A stretch of 27,197 nt of DNA. It comes from an uncultured Archangium sp. GTDB taxonomy: Bacteria > Myxococcota > Myxococcia > Myxococcales > Myxococcaceae. The translations under genes and the position numbers were made by a program. A model generated the notes under the pieces. The model saw only the letters and a list, made by a program, of their open reading frames with translations, had not been told where the DNA came from and did not search any database. Of this stretch, positions 7,513 to 15,596 are shown in pieces (within the stretch, counting starts at the first letter, position 1; each line of letters starts with the position of its first letter). Location of the stretch: the NCBI GenBank assembly GCA_903861945.1, contig CAIOWM010000156.1, forward strand, positions 1 through 27,197, written 5' to 3'.

Positions 7513-10500
7513 ATGTTCGCGTTCGTACAGGTCGAGTTCCTCCGCATCCAGTCCGTCATCCGCGCGGGGGTCCTGGGGCTCGCGCTCCTGGCGGCCTCCG
7601 GCTGCGACGCCACCGTGGGTGAGCTGGCCTGTCCCGAGGGTGCCTTCTCGGGGTCGGACCGCGGGGTCTGCGCGCCCTGGACGGAGTGTCCTGCAGGGCA
7701 GCACCAGGTGGCTGCCGGAAGCGCGACGACGGACCGGACCTGCGCGAGCTGCGCCGCCGGGACCTTCAGCACGCAGGCCAACGCGGCGAGCTGCGCGGCG
7801 TGGACGACGTGCGTCGCCGGGGAGTTCGTCTCGCTCGAGGGCTCGGCCACCGCCGACCGGACCTGCGAGGCCTGCAGCGCGGGGACCTCCAGCACGGGCG
7901 TGAACCAGGCGGCGTGCACGGCCTCCGCCGGGTGCGAGCCCGGGACTGAGCAGGCGGCGCCAGCGACCACCACCGCCCCCGCGGTGTGCACGACCTGCAG
8001 CGCCGGTCACTTCTGCGCGGGCGGTGTGGCGCCGGCCGTGGCCTGCGGGCCCGGGACGTGGGACCGCGACGGGCTGCCCGCCACGGCGTGCGAACCGCAG
8101 AGCCACTGCGGCCCCGGGACGTCCGTGCTGGCTCCCGCGACCGCGACGGAAGACCAGACCTGCTCGGGCTGCGCGAGCGGCTCGTACAGCACCGCGACGG
8201 ACGCGGCGACGTGCACGCCGTGGGCGACGTGCCCGGCCGGTACCTTCGTCAACGACACGCCGTCGGCGACCGTCGACCAGACCTGCGCCGCCTGCGCGCC
8301 TGGAACCTTCACCACGGGCGCGAACCAAGTGACGTGCCTGGCGATCGGCGCGTGCCCTGCGGGGACGGTGCAGACGGCCCCGGCCACGGCGACGACGCCG
8401 CCCACCTGCAGCGCCTGCGTCGCCGGCACCTACTGCGCGGGCGGCAGCGCGACGGCCCTGGCCTGTGCCGTGGGCACCTGGGACCACGACGGTGATGCCT
8501 CGACGCCGTGCACGGCCCACACGGAGTGCGTCGCGGGGCAGTTCATGCTGACCGCGGGCACCGCCACCGCGGACCGGGTGTGTGGCGCGTGCGTGTCCGG
8601 CTACACCTCGAGCGGGAACCCGACGAGCTGCACCGCGTGGACGACCTGCGCCGCGGGCACCTTCGTGGCGACGCCGGGCACCGCGACGAGCGACCGGGTG
8701 TGCGCCGCGTGTGCCTCGGGCTACACGGCCAGCGCGAACGCGACGAGCTGCTCCGCGTGGGCGACGTGCGCGGCGGGGACCTTCGTGTCGACCGCGGGGA
8801 CGGCGACGGCCAACCGGGTCTGCACGGCCTGCGGCTCAGGCTTCACCTCGAGCCCGAACGCGACGAACTGCACGGCCTGGTCGGCGTGCGCGGCGGGGAC
8901 CTTCGTGGCGACCGCGGGGACGTCGACGGCCGACCGGGTGTGCGCCGCGTGTGCGTCTGGCTACACCGCGAGCCTCAACGCCGCGAGCTGCACCGCGTGG
9001 ACGACCTGCGCGGCGGGGACCTCCGTGGTGACCGCGGGCACCGCGACGGCCAATCGGACCTGCCTCGCGTGCAGCGCCGGCTTCACCTCGGGCACGAACG
9101 CCGCGAGCTGCACGTCCTGGACGACCTGCCTCGCCGGAACGTACGTCTCGACGGTCGGCACCGCGACGGTCGACCGCTCGTGCAGCCCGTGCGGCACCGG
9201 CTTCACGGCGGGCGCGAACGCCGCGGCCTGCACCGCGTGGACGACGTGCGCCGCGGGGACGTCGATCTCCGTCGCCGGCACCGCGACCAACAACCGGGCG
9301 TGCACCCCCTGCGCCTCCGGCTTCGCGCCGGGCCAGAACGCCCTGGCCTGCACCGCGTGGACGACGTGCCCGGCCGGTACCTTCGTCAGCACCACGCCGT
9401 CAGCGACCACCGACCGGGTGTGCGCGCCGTGCGTCTCCGGCTACACGGGGGCCCCGAACTCCCTGGGCTGTCAGCCGTGGAGCATCTGCACCCCGGGCAC
9501 CTTCGTGTCGGTCGCCAGCACGGCCACGTCGGACCTGCAGTGCACGGCGTGCCCCGCGGGCCAGACCAGCACCACGTCGAACGCGGCCGGGTGTCTGCCG
9601 GGCAGGTCCGTCGGCGGCACGGTCACGGGCCTGACCAGCGCGGGCCTGGTCCTGCAGAACAACCTGGGCGATGACCTGGCCGTCACGGCCAATGGCGCCT
9701 TCACCTTCGCGACGCCCCTGGCGGGTGCCGGCGCCAGCTACTCGGTCACGGTGAAGACGCCGCCGACCGCGAACCTGCCGCTCCCGGTCCAGGTCCAGGC
9801 GTGCACCCTGCTGAAGACCTCCGGGACGACCTTGCTGAACACCGGGTCGGGCACGGTGCCTCCCACCGGGAACGTCACCACCATCGAGCTGCGCTGTGGC
9901 GGGGCGTGGAGCGCGGTGGCGGCCGGGTACGCACACGTCCTGGCGGTGAAACCCACGGGGGACGTGTACGCGTGGGGCGACAACACCAATGCCGCGTTGG
10001 GCGACGGGACCACGACGGCACGCTCCACGCCGGTATGGGTGGGCGCCGGCCTGGCCAAGGTGGCGGCCGGCGGAAGCCACAGCCTGGCACTCGCTCCCGA
10101 CGGCTCACTGTGGGCGTGGGGGTTCAACTTCACAGGCCAGCTGGGCGACGGGAAGACGGAGGTCCAACGCAACCGGCCAGCGCCCGTGCCGCTGGCAGCG
10201 CCGCCCTTCCGCGCGGTGGCGGCGGGCCAGAGCCACACCGTGGCCGTCAAGACGGACGGGACCCTCTGGGCCTGGGGCAACAACGACTTTGGCCAGGTCG
10301 GGGACGGGACGACGGCGACTGAGCGCGATGCGCCCGTGCAGATCGGCACCGGCTTCGCGTCGGTGGCGGCCGGCGAGACCCACTCCCTGGCGGTCAAGAC
10401 GGACGGGACCCTCTGGGCCTGGGGCAAGAACGACTTTGGCCAGCTCGGGGACGGGACGACGACGCACCGCTTTGCGCCCGTGCAGGTCGGCACCGGCTTC

Positions 10501-10926
10501 GCGTCGGTGGCCGGGGGCTCCTCCTATTCGGCGGCGGTGAAGACGGACGGCACGCTGTGGACGTGGGGCATCAACGGCTACGGGGCGTTGGGAGACGGGA
10601 CCACCACGACGCGCCTCGCGCCGGTGCAAGTGGGGAGCGGCTTCGCCTCGGTCGCGACCGGCTCGTGGAACACCTACGCGCTCAAGCCCGACGGCACGCT
10701 CTGGGCCTGCGGGTACAACGTCTACGGGCAGGTCGGTGACGGGACGACGACGACGCGCACCACGCTGGTGCCCATTGGCCCGGGGTTCGCGTCCGTGGCC
10801 GCAGGAAGCAGCTTCGCGGCCGCGCTGATGTTGGACAAGACGGTGTGGACCTGGGGCTACAACGGCCGGTTCAGCCTGGGCACCGGTGGCACCGTCAACA
10901 GCTCGACGCCCCAGTTCCTGCCCTAG
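7513..10926 (+). CDS. Giant secreted protein of 1137 aa. It has about 20 Cys-rich, 40-aa repeats of the ephrin-receptor-like / GCC2_GCC3 / TNFR-like type, then a beta-sandwich linker, then a C-terminal 7-blade RCC1-type beta-propeller.
   Basis: The N-terminus [31 protein letters not shown] is a signal peptide. The repeat consensus is C.AC.SG(Y/F)T.....(T/S)C.AW(T/A)TC.AGTFV...GTAT.DRVC. The tail carries 7 copies of the RCC1 repeat [34 protein letters not shown]. The listed ORF 7423..10926 is trimmed to the ATG at 7513, which has AGAGGG upstream. Confidence 0.8.
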   Translation: MFAFVQVEFLRIQSVIRAGVLGLALLAASGCDATVGELACPEGAFSGSDRGVCAPWTECPAGQHQVAAGSATTDRTCASCAAGTFSTQANAASCAAWTTCVAGEFVSLEGSATADRTCEACSAGTSSTGVNQAACTASAGCEPGTEQAAPATTTAPAVCTTCSAGHFCAGGVAPAVACGPGTWDRDGLPATACEPQSHCGPGTSVLAPATATEDQTCSGCASGSYSTATDAATCTPWATCPAGTFVNDTPSATVDQTCAACAPGTFTTGANQVTCLAIGACPAGTVQTAPATATTPPTCSACVAGTYCAGGSATALACAVGTWDHDGDASTPCTAHTECVAGQFMLTAGTATADRVCGACVSGYTSSGNPTSCTAWTTCAAGTFVATPGTATSDRVCAACASGYTASANATSCSAWATCAAGTFVSTAGTATANRVCTACGSGFTSSPNATNCTAWSACAAGTFVATAGTSTADRVCAACASGYTASLNAASCTAWTTCAAGTSVVTAGTATANRTCLACSAGFTSGTNAASCTSWTTCLAGTYVSTVGTATVDRSCSPCGTGFTAGANAAACTAWTTCAAGTSISVAGTATNNRACTPCASGFAPGQNALACTAWTTCPAGTFVSTTPSATTDRVCAPCVSGYTGAPNSLGCQPWSICTPGTFVSVASTATSDLQCTACPAGQTSTTSNAAGCLPGRSVGGTVTGLTSAGLVLQNNLGDDLAVTANGAFTFATPLAGAGASYSVTVKTPPTANLPLPVQVQACTLLKTSGTTLLNTGSGTVPPTGNVTTIELRCGGAWSAVAAGYAHVLAVKPTGDVYAWGDNTNAALGDGTTTARSTPVWVGAGLAKVAAGGSHSLALAPDGSLWAWGFNFTGQLGDGKTEVQRNRPAPVPLAAPPFRAVAAGQSHTVAVKTDGTLWAWGNNDFGQVGDGTTATERDAPVQIGTGFASVAAGETHSLAVKTDGTLWAWGKNDFGQLGDGTTTHRFAPVQVGTGFASVAGGSSYSAAVKTDGTLWTWGINGYGALGDGTTTTRLAPVQVGSGFASVATGSWNTYALKPDGTLWACGYNVYGQVGDGTTTTRTTLVPIGPGFASVAAGSSFAAALMLDKTVWTWGYNGRFSLGTGGTVNSSTPQFLP
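8521..9480 (+). repeat. Intragenic tandem DNA repeat: 120-nt period (40 aa), at least 8 consecutive copies that are highly similar at the nucleotide level
   Basis: The string tgcaccgcgtggacgacctgcgc(g/c)gcggg(g/c)acc(t/g)tcgtg recurs at 8629, 8749, 8869, 8989, 9109, 9229 and 9349, an exact 120-nt spacing. More diverged copies run from about 7700 to 8500 and from 9480 to 9600. Confidence 0.8.
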
Positions 10927-11054
10927 ACCAGGGGCTGGTGCCCGCGACAGGCAGGGTGCGCGCACAGGGGAACGCAACGCAGGACAGCCGCGGGTCACCT
11001 CGTGTCAGCAGCATCGCGCGGCTGCGCAGGGGCGCGGGTGTTACGCCTCGCCGT

Positions 11055-11681
11055 ATGGCCATCGCCTACGTCTATGACGGCACGCTGTACCTCGCGGTCA
11101 CGCGGCGCTGCACGCTCGCCTGCACCTTCTGCCCGAAGGTGCACGGCCGCTGGGTCGTCGCCGGGAACGACATGAGCCACGACCGCGAGCCGACCGTCGA
11201 CGAGCTGCTCGCCGCGGCGCGGGCGCTGATGCCGTCCGTGCCGTCGAAGAGGGCGGCCTTCGTCGGGCTCGGTGAGCCGACCATGTGCCTGGACGTGCTG
11301 GTGCCGGTGGGCCGCGCGCTGAGGGCCGAGGGCTTCCACGTGAGGCTGGTCACCGACGGGCTCGCCAACCTCCGCGCGGGGGCGGACGTCACGGCGCAGC
11401 TCGAGGGCGCGGTCGACGAGGTGAGCGTGTCGCTCAATGCGCCCGACGGGGAGACGTACGCGCGCGTGTGCCCGAGCAAGTACGGCGCCGCGGCGCACGA
11501 GGCGGTGTGCGCCTTCGTCGGCGCGGTGAAGCCCCATGTGCCCTCGGTGCTCGCGTCGGTGGTGACGGCGCCGGGTGTCGACGTCGAGGCGACGCGCGTG
11601 CTGGCGAAGCACTTGGGCGTGCCGCTGCGCGAGCGCCCGTACTTCGACCCGCGGCTGGGCGAGCCCCACGAGTCACGCTGA
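11055..11681 (+). CDS. Small radical SAM protein, 208 aa. It resembles the TatD-associated radical SAM family, but no TatD gene is present here.
   Basis: It has a CxxxCxxC cluster at the extreme N-terminus, YLAVTRRCTLACTFCPK. It has a Gly-rich SAM motif, FVGLGEPTM. Its size and the pattern AY...(S/T)LYL..T.RC..C.FC recall TIGR04038-type proteins; this is from memory and not searched. The listed ORF 10845..11681 is trimmed to the ATG at 11055. Confidence 0.8.
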   Translation: MAIAYVYDGTLYLAVTRRCTLACTFCPKVHGRWVVAGNDMSHDREPTVDELLAAARALMPSVPSKRAAFVGLGEPTMCLDVLVPVGRALRAEGFHVRLVTDGLANLRAGADVTAQLEGAVDEVSVSLNAPDGETYARVCPSKYGAAAHEAVCAFVGAVKPHVPSVLASVVTAPGVDVEATRVLAKHLGVPLRERPYFDPRLGEPHESR

Positions 11682-11745
11682 AGGCACCGAGGCGAGGCCC
11701 GACACGCGCAGCGCACCTGATTCGGGGCGCACGCCGAGCGGCGAC

Positions 11746-12693
11746 TCACAGGGCGAAGTCGAGTTGAGGCCTGCGCTGATGAAGGAGGCGCCGTAGGCCC
11801 TCGAGCCATGCGCCGTCTTCGAGGGAGCGCTTGGTGACGGGGACGTTGGCCCAGCCGAGCGCGGCGAGTTGGGCGCGTTGCCGCGCGTCGGTATCGAACG
11901 CGTTGCGGCGTGCGTGCCACAGGAAGCTGTCGGTGTGGAGGGCGACGCGGTGCTGGGGCCACGCGAAGTCGACGCGCATGACGGAGTGGCCGGCGTCATG
12001 GACCTCGAACTGCAGGCGAGGCGGGTCGAGGCTCGCCTTGCGGAGTGCGCGCCAGGCCCGAACCTCGAGTGCGCTCTCGGTGCAGCGCCCCTGGCGAACC
12101 CTGACGAGTTCGCGAAGCGTGGCGAGGCCGGGGTACTGGCGTTTGAGGCGGCCGAGGATCTTCTCGAGCTGTGGGCCGAGGTCCCGGAACCTGTGCTGGG
12201 CATCGTCGAGCGCAATTTCGAGGGCCTCTTCCTCGAGCACTCCGGCGAGGTCGATGATGGTGCGGGTGATGGACGTGGTGGGCATGCGCAGGTGGGTGCA
12301 CACGAGGAAGGGCTGCTGCGGTCGGTGCACGATGAAAGGACTGGGGAGCGAGCGGGAGCGCCGTCCGGCGACTGAGACATGGAGTTCGCGGGTGCACTGC
12401 TCGAGGCCTGCCAGTTTGTAGAGCGCGCCCGCCGTCTGGTGCGAGACGGCGCTTCCCGGGCCGGTGACGAGGGTTGCGGCGAACGCGCGTTGTCGCCAGT
12501 CGCCGTCGCCGCCGGGAAACCGGTAGGCCGAATGGAACAACCTCTCGACGCGACCGCGGTGGAGCGCGGACACCAGGGCGCTCCGGGTGATGCCGAGCTC
12601 ACCGCTGAACTGTGCAAGCGACACGACGCCGAACTGGGCCTTCGCCATTTCCGCCGCTGCCATCCACTGCGCCACGCCCATCGCCGCCTCCAA
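11746..12693 (-). CDS. DUF559 (Vsr/endonuclease-like) protein with an N-terminal AbiEi-antitoxin-like wHTH domain, about 300 to 315 aa
   Basis: The N-terminal region AQFGVVSLAQFSGELGITRSALVSALHRGRVERLFHSAYRF is AbiEi_4-like. The C-terminal region RVDFAWPQHRVALHTDSFLWH....D..R...L...GW.V..VT is the DUF559 signature. Codon usage is less extreme than in neighbours (more GCA/GAA/CAA/CTT). The start could be the internal ATG (MAKAQ) at 12648. Confidence 0.7.
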   Translation of the reverse strand: MEAAMGVAQWMAAAEMAKAQFGVVSLAQFSGELGITRSALVSALHRGRVERLFHSAYRFPGGDGDWRQRAFAATLVTGPGSAVSHQTAGALYKLAGLEQCTRELHVSVAGRRSRSLPSPFIVHRPQQPFLVCTHLRMPTTSITRTIIDLAGVLEEEALEIALDDAQHRFRDLGPQLEKILGRLKRQYPGLATLRELVRVRQGRCTESALEVRAWRALRKASLDPPRLQFEVHDAGHSVMRVDFAWPQHRVALHTDSFLWHARRNAFDTDARQRAQLAALGWANVPVTKRSLEDGAWLEGLRRLLHQRRPQLDFAL

Positions 12694-12808
12694 CGCGAAA
12701 CCTACCGGGCGGGTCCGACAAGTGACTTCACTGCGGTGGGTTTACGGACGCTGCAGCAGTCAAGAAGCAGCCGAGGTGGCGCCCCATCAACCGAAGGGGA
12801 CCGACCTC

Positions 12809-12826
12809 GTCACGTGTGGTCACGTC
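12809..12826. promoter_or_regulatory. Direct repeat GTCACGTG-N2-GTCACGTC. The first copy contains the palindrome CACGTG. It lies in the 590-nt non-coding region upstream of the DUF559 gene.
   Basis: Read directly from the sequence: cgtcacgtgtggtcacgtcgcg. The two 7-nt copies are 10 nt apart, one helical turn. It is a candidate operator, with no functional evidence. Confidence 0.2.
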
Positions 12827-13280
12827 GCGCGAGGTCGAGGGGCCTGCGGGCGACGGGCAAGGCCAGCCGACACCGGCATCACGGCCTCCTCAAGGCCCGC
12901 GGCACCCAGACACGGGCGCGCGCGTGGCCGCGCCACGAGCAGAGGCGTCGGGTCCCTGGCGGCCCCGCGGGAGCGAGAGGCCGTGGAGCATCACGGAAGC
13001 GCGGACTGGGGGAGTCACCTCAATCGAGAGCATCGAGCGGCGCTCGAGTTGGCGAACGCCACTTCTTGTGCCGGTTCGTGGGCCGCGACGGTGGGCGCAC
13101 CCCTGGACGCGGAGTCGCAAGGACGGCTGGTCGACGTGCGCCGAGTCGAGTGATTGCCTGAACTGCTCGAACGGCATTTCCGGTTGCGTGGGACGCATGG
13201 CCGAGCCCGAGTTCGAGGCGCCGCATGCGCCACTGCATGGGCGGGGAACCCTGGCCTGCACCGGCATCAAGTCCTGCGCG

Positions 13281-13865
13281 TCACCGCTTCGGCAGGCTGA
13301 TCAGCTTCGCGCCGATGCGCTGCCGCGGCTCGTCGACGGTGACGATCTCCACCTCGACCCCGGCACCGGGTGTGTAGTCGCCAGGCTTCGTGCCTGGGGG
13401 CAGGTCGGTCTCGTGCGCCAGCGCGAAGACGTCGGGGGCCAGCAGTACGAAGACGCCGTGCGCGACGATCGACTCGACCACTGCCTTCACCTTCGTGCCC
13501 ACGGGGTACCTCCTGGTGAGCGGAGCTTGCGCTGGCCCGGGAATCCGCGCGCCGAGGCGGTGCTTCACCGCGTCCACCGACGTCACCACGACCTGCACCT
13601 CGTTCCCCACCCGGTAGTCGGCCGGCGTCTTTCCGCGGGGAAGGTCGCTCTTGTGAACCAGGGCCACCAGCTTCGGCTCGAGTTCGACGAACACCCCCAG
13701 CCCGCCCGAAGCGATCGACTCCACCGTCGCCGTCAACTGCGTGCCCACCGGGTACTTCGCCGCCTTCGCCGCCCAGTCATCGGGGTGTGCCGACAGCAGC
13801 GCCATCGCGAGCATGAACATCGCGGCAGCATTGCACCGTTCAAGCGCGGCCCCCAAGAGGTCCAT
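13281..13865 (-). CDS. Tandem S1-like (OB-fold) RNA-binding domain protein, about 175 to 194 aa
   Basis: There are two copies of YPVGT.(L/V).A.VESI...G.FV.L.P...AL.H..DLP.G..P.DY..G..V.V..V(T/D)...R(L/I)GA, the S1 signature. GC3 is high on the minus strand. The start is ambiguous among ATGs at 13865, 13820, 13814 and 13805. The 51-nt gap to the upstream cyclase gene suggests co-transcription. Confidence 0.6.
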   Translation of the reverse strand: MDLLGAALERCNAAAMFMLAMALLSAHPDDWAAKAAKYPVGTQLTATVESIASGGLGVFVELEPKLVALVHKSDLPRGKTPADYRVGNEVQVVVTSVDAVKHRLGARIPGPAQAPLTRRYPVGTKVKAVVESIVAHGVFVLLAPDVFALAHETDLPPGTKPGDYTPGAGVEVEIVTVDEPRQRIGAKLISLPKR

Positions 13866-13916
13866 CTACCGGGCGCTGCGGCCGGGGCGCACGGTGCGCC
13901 TGCAGGAGCGAAGGCC

Positions 13917-15365
13917 TCACGCTGGCGCAGTCGCGCGGTCCCGAACGGCGCCGTCGAATGCCCGGAGGCGGTGCACCAGCACCTCGCCCTCGATGCCCTT
14001 GAGATGCAAGCGCTCGGAGTTGGACGAGGCGAAGCGGGTGCGCGCGATCTCCAGCGCCGCGGGGTGGTCGAACACGTCCTGGGTGGTGACCACTTCGCCG
14101 GCGGCGGCCCTGGCCTGAACGCGGGCGGCGACGTTGACGGTGCGGCCGAAGTAGTCGAGCTGCTGGTTGGACTCGATGGCCACGCACGAGCCCACGTGCA
14201 CGCCGATCTTCAGGGTCAGTGACTCGCTCGCCTCGAGCTTCGCCATCTCTTCGTGCATCGCGGCCGCGGCCGCGAGCGCTCGGGAGGGCTCGGCGAAGCT
14301 GGCCATCACCGCGTCGCCGATGGTCTTGACCACCGCGCCCCGCTCGCGGGCGATGACCGACTCGAGCACCTCGAAGTGACGACGGACCAGCGCGAGCGCC
14401 TGGAGGTCGCCCACGCGCTCGTAGAGCTCGGTCGACGCGGTGAGGTCGGTGAAGAGAATGGCGAGGCTGCGCAGCTGCATGCCGCCGTCGGTGCCGACGC
14501 TCTGGGCGCGGTAGAGCTCGCGGAAGGTCTGGTTGGTGAGCAACTGCTTGGCGCTGACGAAGGGCATGAAGGCGATGACGTGTGAGGCCCAGTCAAAGGT
14601 CTTCGCCCACTCCGTCGAGGACCAGAGCATCAGCGCGGGGTGCCGGGTGCGGTTGCGGACGGTGAGCCGCACCTTTCCCGTGGCCAGGGTGCTGGTGCCG
14701 ACGAGGTGCCCGTCGATGATCTCGACCGACTGCACCGCCGCCCCACCCGGCCCCGCCTCGAGGTGCGCGATGGCGTGCTGGTTCGCCCCGACCAGCGCAT
14801 AGGAACCCTCGGTGAGCTCGAGGTCGAACACCGCGCTGGCCTCGGGTGCGATCCACGCCATGCGCTCCATCGAGTCGGCGATGGCCTGGTGCATCGGCCC
14901 GCGAATCAGGCTGCGGGAATAGAAGGCGTCGGTGAAGTGAGCGCGCACCTCTTCGAGCGTGCCCAGCCGCGTCGAGGGCAGCCTGCGAACGGCTTCGGCC
15001 ACGGTGAAGGAGGCCTCGACGGTGTCATCGAGGGAGACCGTCACCGGGCGCCGGCAGAAGTTGCACACCGCGCTGCGCTCGAGCTGCTGCAGCGCGCCCT
15101 TCGTCGCGACGTGGAGCCCACAGGCAGGGCACATGAGGTTCCACGCGAGATCGAAGATCCCCGCGTGGCTGGCGCAGAGAAAGAGGTCGAGCGCGTCGCC
15201 TTCGCTGACGCCCTCGCCCTTCGCCCACCCGAGCACGTTGATGCGTTCGAGGGAGGTGTCGGAGGCTTCGCGAACGAAGTGACCGAGCTTCGGCAGCAGC
15301 GACTTCAGTTGCGGGTACGCCCGCCCCATGGCTTCGAGGCGGCCTTCCAGAGAGGCCCATGACAT
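13917..15365 (-). CDS. Class III adenylate/guanylate cyclase (CHD catalytic domain) with an N-terminal Cys4 zinc-ribbon-containing sensor domain (DUF5939-like), 482 aa
   Basis: The C-terminal region LAILFTDLTASTELYERVGD....HFEVLESVIARERGAVVKTIGDAVMASF......AAAAMHEEMAKL......LKIGVHVGSCVA.....DYFGRTVNVAARVQ is the nucleotidyl cyclase CHD signature. The N-terminal region has CPACG...CNFC. The listed ORF start at 15458 adds a low-GC3, PRPPP-rich extension, so I prefer the ATG at 15365 (MSWASL). Confidence 0.8.
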   Translation of the reverse strand: MSWASLEGRLEAMGRAYPQLKSLLPKLGHFVREASDTSLERINVLGWAKGEGVSEGDALDLFLCASHAGIFDLAWNLMCPACGLHVATKGALQQLERSAVCNFCRRPVTVSLDDTVEASFTVAEAVRRLPSTRLGTLEEVRAHFTDAFYSRSLIRGPMHQAIADSMERMAWIAPEASAVFDLELTEGSYALVGANQHAIAHLEAGPGGAAVQSVEIIDGHLVGTSTLATGKVRLTVRNRTRHPALMLWSSTEWAKTFDWASHVIAFMPFVSAKQLLTNQTFRELYRAQSVGTDGGMQLRSLAILFTDLTASTELYERVGDLQALALVRRHFEVLESVIARERGAVVKTIGDAVMASFAEPSRALAAAAAMHEEMAKLEASESLTLKIGVHVGSCVAIESNQQLDYFGRTVNVAARVQARAAAGEVVTTQDVFDHPAALEIARTRFASSNSERLHLKGIEGEVLVHRLRAFDGAVRDRATAPA

Positions 15366-15409
15366 GCGCGCGATGTTAGTCCGGGCGCCGGTCGCCGTCG
15401 CCGCCTCAC

Positions 15410-15419
15410 GGGGGGGGGG
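15410..15419. repeat. G10 homopolymer tract (C10 on the strand that codes the cyclase), 45 to 55 nt upstream of the cyclase start
   Basis: Read directly: ctcacggggggggggccgagg. Runs like this are rare in this window. It would encode PPP if the longer cyclase ORF from 15458 were the real one. Confidence 0.9.
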
Positions 15420-15596
15420 CCGAGGTCGAGTCGGACCAGATGCGCGGCGAGCGCGCATCCTGCCCAGGTCAACGAGCGAAGTTGCGCGCAGGCTTCGATT
15501 CGCCGCCCCGGAGGTCGAGGCCGAGGCGCCGAAACGAACGAAGGCGGCGGAGCACCTCGCTCCACCGCCTCCGCAGGACGTCAGCTCAGCGGCGCC

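Noticed and set aside
6517-8520. 667-aa minus-strand ORF overlapping the OmpA gene and the start of the giant Cys-repeat gene
   Set aside because: The translation is an Arg/Gly/Ala/Pro low-complexity string (RRRGRGR...). The plus-strand frames carry clear OmpA_C and signal-peptide features. It is the typical antisense shadow ORF of a high-GC genome.
8521-9480. Regularly spaced 120-nt DNA repeats that could be mistaken for a CRISPR-like array
   Set aside because: The repeats are in frame inside a continuous ORF with strong coding signal, and each encodes one 40-aa Cys module. There are no short spacers between them. It is protein-repeat periodicity, not CRISPR.
10845-11054. 70-codon upstream extension of the radical SAM ORF
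   Set aside because: It is low-complexity (Arg/Gln/Pro-rich) and precedes a clean ATG. The radical SAM CxxxCxxC cluster is normally at the extreme N-terminus, as it is with the 11055 start.
13195-13240. tRNA-like T-loop motif (gagttcgagg) in the 590-nt non-coding region
   Set aside because: The flanking sequence cannot be folded into a T-stem and acceptor stem, and there is no D-arm or anticodon arm. It is not a tRNA.
15366-15458. N-terminal 31-codon extension of the cyclase ORF (ATG at 15458)
   Set aside because: Third-codon positions in the extension are A/T-rich, unlike the rest of the gene. The residues are PRPPP/Arg-rich. The extension contains the G10 tract. The start at 15365 (MSWASL) is preferred, and the alternative is kept only as a caveat.
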